The notes beneath the pieces are model-generated. The model was not told the DNA's origin and ran no database searches. It saw only the letters and a program-made list of their open reading frames with translations. A DNA stretch of 63,434 nt, the filler included, from Choristocarpus tenellus KU-1152 (Eukaryota > Protista > Phaeophyceae), in NCBI GenBank assembly GCA_964200185.2. It is 9 parts of 9 records of this genome, joined end to end, with 100 filler letters (N's around TTAATTAATTAA, not from the genome) between each part and the next. Parts side by side here need not be neighbours in the genome. Positions count along the whole stretch, not along the records: positions 58,903 to 63,434 come from CAXNAD020014121.1; 8 more parts are not named here. The stretch is one strand, 5' to 3'. The position numbers and the translations under genes are program-made. This document shows positions 59,386-63,434 of the stretch, piece after piece (positions within the stretch are counted from its first letter, which is position 1; the number at the start of each line of letters is the position of its first letter).

Positions 59386-60143
59386 TTTGAGGTGCAGCCA
59401 AGTACTGTGGCACTGACAACCCAACTGCCCTTCCTCATTGCGCTGTTGGGGATAACCTACGCTATTGTGTCGGCAAGCTGGGATGAAGAGGTGCAGTGGG
59501 AAACTCTATCGGGCAGAGGCAAGGCATTGTTGAGGGTAGGCAAGAGAACGTAATGCAATTAATGGCATCGTTAGTGCAGGTGCGCCCTGTAGCCGCCCTG
59601 TAACCAGTTTACTTTCTGTTGCAAAGATGCGCCCTAATCACTTCTGTGCTCGCCACTAATTTGCGGGACTATGAAGCACTAAAAATGATGGTTTGCATGC
59701 TGGTGGTCATAGAACACAATGGTGCTCTATTCGATCCTCTACTCCTGTGACCATGTTGTTTCGTCGGTCGTCGGAAGAGTAGTGCGCTGGAGGCATGTTG
59801 CACACGCCTTCTAAAATCATAGAAATGTGGTTGTTTGGCTCAAGAGCATGCCCTGTTACAGCTCGACTCGAGTACATCGGACAAAGGGAGATAGTAAAGG
59901 GGGAACCGGCTCCTGTTATTTGCAACTCTTTGGCGGTCAACGCACACAGTAAGAGTCGCCAAGATGATACTATGGAACAGGGACCCTTTTGCCGCCCTAT
60001 GAGTCTGGTGTTGTTGTTTGAAGCCAATGCTACTATTACAGGGGCCAACTCGATTCATGTACACCTACTGTATTTCATATCCATCATGCTTTGCCACTTG
60101 GCACTCGTATATACTATGTATGCAACTTTGGGACCTGTGAGTA

Positions 60144-60177
<34 letters not shown>

Positions 60178-60681
60178 GTGGAGTCTTTTGTCAAGTGTTG
60201 GATCTGCTCAATCTGTGAACATTTGATCGAGGTATGCACTTTCTGTTACAAGCCATATGGAGTTGTGGATGTCCAAATTTTTCCCATCTTATCTGTCTTA
60301 CTGAGTGGGGCACCCTTGGCATGTGCAGGGGGGTTGGGGGGTCTTCAATATACATAGAGAAGAGATTTCCTCTGGGACTGACATTTGTGGTCGTTATGTT
60401 TTGATGTTTTTGTGTGTGTTTCTCTTTGGTGTGCATGACCTTCTAGAGAGAGGGATCTTTCCTTGGATTTGAAGAGGCCAAGGTAAACCTGGGTAACATA
60501 CTTGCAGGCCTGAGACGCTCTTCTGATAGGATGGATGTTGAGGATGCCATGCTAGAGGTAAGTTAACTCAAGTGGGTTTGTCTTCGCCGTCTTTTCTCAC
60601 TCTCACCTCTTCCTTATCACCGTTTGTTCCACTCTGGTGTGGTATACTTTGAAGTAGCATCATGTTGTACCCCTCCCTATA

Positions 60682-60716
<35 letters not shown>

Positions 60717-61434
60717 CTTGAACACAGATTTGCTCAAAATGGGCACCACAAAACCAACACTGATTTATGATTTTGAAGTATTTACAACAAAGAGTGAATT
60801 GTAAAAGAGCCCAACCAATTGGGAGGTAGACAGGTTTGGTCCCTTTTTCATTCTAAGCAATCTTTCTTACCCTTTGTAGTAATACACTGTATTTCATTGC
60901 TTTTATGTGCACATTAGCTTACGCAAAAGTGATATTTCCACTTTACACATACACAAAGTGAACGGACGATTCAGCAAAGACTCTGCAACTGTGCAAAATT
61001 GCATATTTTTGCACTTTCTCAGGGTTCTTGAAAAAATGCAACCCTGCCTACCTTTCAGCTGGTTTGACTCAAAATCAATTAAACACCCTGCAGTCTTCTT
61101 CCAAGTTCAATTCTCTCCTGCACACTTTGCGACAACTCATGTGAAGCAAACTCCATTATTAAGCACACATCACTGCATTCACGCTGTCTTCTTCTGCACC
61201 CACTAGTCCTCTCATTTCACCAGCCACTGCAAGCCCAACATGTTTGCGCCTGGCTTCACATCTTCCCTCCCATGAGATTGCCCCTCCAGTTGATTCTTGA
61301 TTCTATTTTATCAACTATTATTGTCACACACACACCTCTCCTTCCAGGCCAAAAATGCGACCAAGGGCAATCGCTTCGAAAGGCGCCAAAAGCAGCGAGA
61401 GGGCAGTGATGATGGAGATGATATCCTTCCGTGA
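59386..61434 (+). CDS. PAM68: PAM68 (DUF3464) photosystem II assembly factor, 3' exons
   Basis: Phase-0 exons 59386-59490, 60447-60557 and probably 61348-61434 give PFLIALLGITYAIVSASWDEEREGSFLGFEEAKVN, the PAM68 signature. Confidence 0.88.
60685..60714. repeat. (CA)n microsatellite
   Basis: Seen directly. Confidence 0.9.
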
Positions 61435-63434
61435 TAGAATTCAACAATCCATTTCTGATCAGGGAATGCAAGGCCAAAGCACTACTTGTAAGAATGAACA
61501 GAGGTAGGAGTTGTGACTAATTCCTCGCCTGACCACATTGTCTTGCTCCCCCCAGAGAGAGAGAGAGGATTGAGTGAGGCCAAGGAGGAGGCATGCTGTT
61601 TTCTCTTTGCATTGTTTAGGGGATGGGATTTTCTTGAAGAGGCAGGAAGCATCCACCCACGTCTTGATTGTTTTGAGTGTGTGTAAGGTACAAGTTCCTT
61701 TGAAGTATATATATATATATACATGGATAGTTTGAAGTGTTGCAGCAGTACACAGTGGAACTTTAACTAGATAAAAAAAATTCAAAGCAATGATGCAAGG
61801 TTGTGTTGGACTCCCACTGTTGAGTTTGACATGGTTTCCCCCGTACTACAAAGTAGTGGTAAAGTTAAAGTCTTCAGCTTCAGCAATCCGCTGCTGGGTG
61901 CATTGGATGGGAGACTGACCATGTAAAGGTTGCTGGCATGGAGTACACACACCATATATGTGTGTGGATGGCACAAGGTTGTTTATGTAACTGTCTCTTC
62001 GTATTTTGATATTGTAGTTACTCCCTCACACTGATGCTGTTGCCACTACCCAGCATTACAACCACCACATACAGCAACGAAGTATATTTCATTTACATGA
62101 AATAGAGTACAGTAGTAGTATATAGTATGTGTACTCAGCAGAGCAACCCTAGGATATTAAAAGCAAGCAAACTGATGAGGAGTGGATGGTCAAAACAGTC
62201 AGTAGCTTGCATTGGTTGGGACAAGAAACATGAGCCAACTCTTAGATTTCTAAACAGTATCTGTGTGTACACATGTGTGAGTTGCCCAAGTTCAACTTAG
62301 GATATATAGTGGCAGGTTGCATTTTACCCCCAGACAGTCATGGAGAAAGAATATGTGATAATGACGCTATACATGATGGTGACGTCATTCATACCACAGA
62401 CTGTCATTTAAACTTTTCATCTTCAGATAAGAAAGAGTCAAGTGTATTGAAATAGACAACACACGTTCAGTTGGTCTACTTTCCGACCTGTCCCATTGCA
62501 AGAACAATTCTATCTTGTTCACTTGCTTTAAGAAGTAATAGGTCTCCAACACCAGCATGGCAGTTTAATAAACGATTTCTACACAAAATGCACTTGTTCT
62601 CACCCTAACCCTAAACCCTATATTTTGAGGATCAGCCAACGATGAATTCAACACTTACCTGACTGACTTGGTTCAGAAGAATCATATGTCCCTCTGCCAG
62701 TCCCTCCCTCTCACCTGTGAAGAACTCCAAACTGAAGTCTTGCTGTAAGGCCAGCAATTATTTTTATTACCCATCACATACAACGAGGGTTATTACATTC
62801 GCTAATGTTTTCTAAACAAGACAGTCCCACAATTCCTGTATATCCATCCCCACCCATGGTGATGCCCTCCTTGAAAGGCCCATGAAAGTCCAGGGAAGAA
62901 GTAGTTAGTAGATGATCACACCATATCTGTATCCACTCATGCATCGTCTAACCTCTATGATAAGGGAACAATGATAGGGGCATTGTCCCTGCTCTCACCA
63001 GGACATGGGACTACCTCATTATAGATAGGGGGATGGGGACCTCTGTACAGTGAGTGTAACACGAACAAGCAACTTGGCAAAAACAGTGCCACACTCAAAA
63101 AGACTTTCTCAAACCAAACAACACCAGAGAGTTTATTGTTATAATAGCAACACTCCCCAAGCCTCAAGTCAAAAATCTTGTTACAGTTACATGCTACTTG
63201 TCCAGGATCCCCTGTGCATTTTCTACCCCCTCCCTCCCTTAACCTTAGAACACTCTTCCGCAACCATCCCATGCTCCAAAACCCCCCACAAACACAGCCA
63301 AAATATTTTGTCTTGTCACTTATGTCCCACCCTCATCAGTGTTACGGCTATCACTCTCATTAAACCCTCTACTACCACCCGCATGAGCATCCAGTAGCCT
63401 ATTCTGGGCTCTATACAGCACCCGTGACCACCCC

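Overview
Intron-rich eukaryotic genomic DNA, most consistent with a photosynthetic, flagellated stramenopile such as a brown alga (PAM68, a Deg protease with a bipartite plastid-type presequence, flagellar DRC2). The window is not contiguous. It is nine contigs joined by artificial 100-bp spacers (N44-TTAATTAATTAA-N44), and several genes are cut at contig ends. Spliced genes reconstructed by eye: a coiled-coil gene head-to-head with a ubiquitin-like domain that appears spliced in-frame onto DRC2/CCDC65; mitochondrial MDH head-to-head with NOP9; a complete CCNDBP1/GCIP-like gene; a large, probably decaying gene with coiled-coil exons and a divergent PIH1-like domain; a TPR gene head-to-head with a DegP protease; and PAM68. 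The rest is transposon debris: Ty1/copia RT, RLE-type LINE 3' ends with a terminal stem-loop, hAT, mariner and IS630-like remnants, a frameshifted ParB/Srx-like ORF, and three related MITE families with a shared TIR core and 4-bp TSDs (Sola2-like) whose copies show CpG decay. The best novelty candidate is the UBL(RLRGG)-DRC2 fusion. All calls come from manual reading and recalled family motifs; no searches were run.
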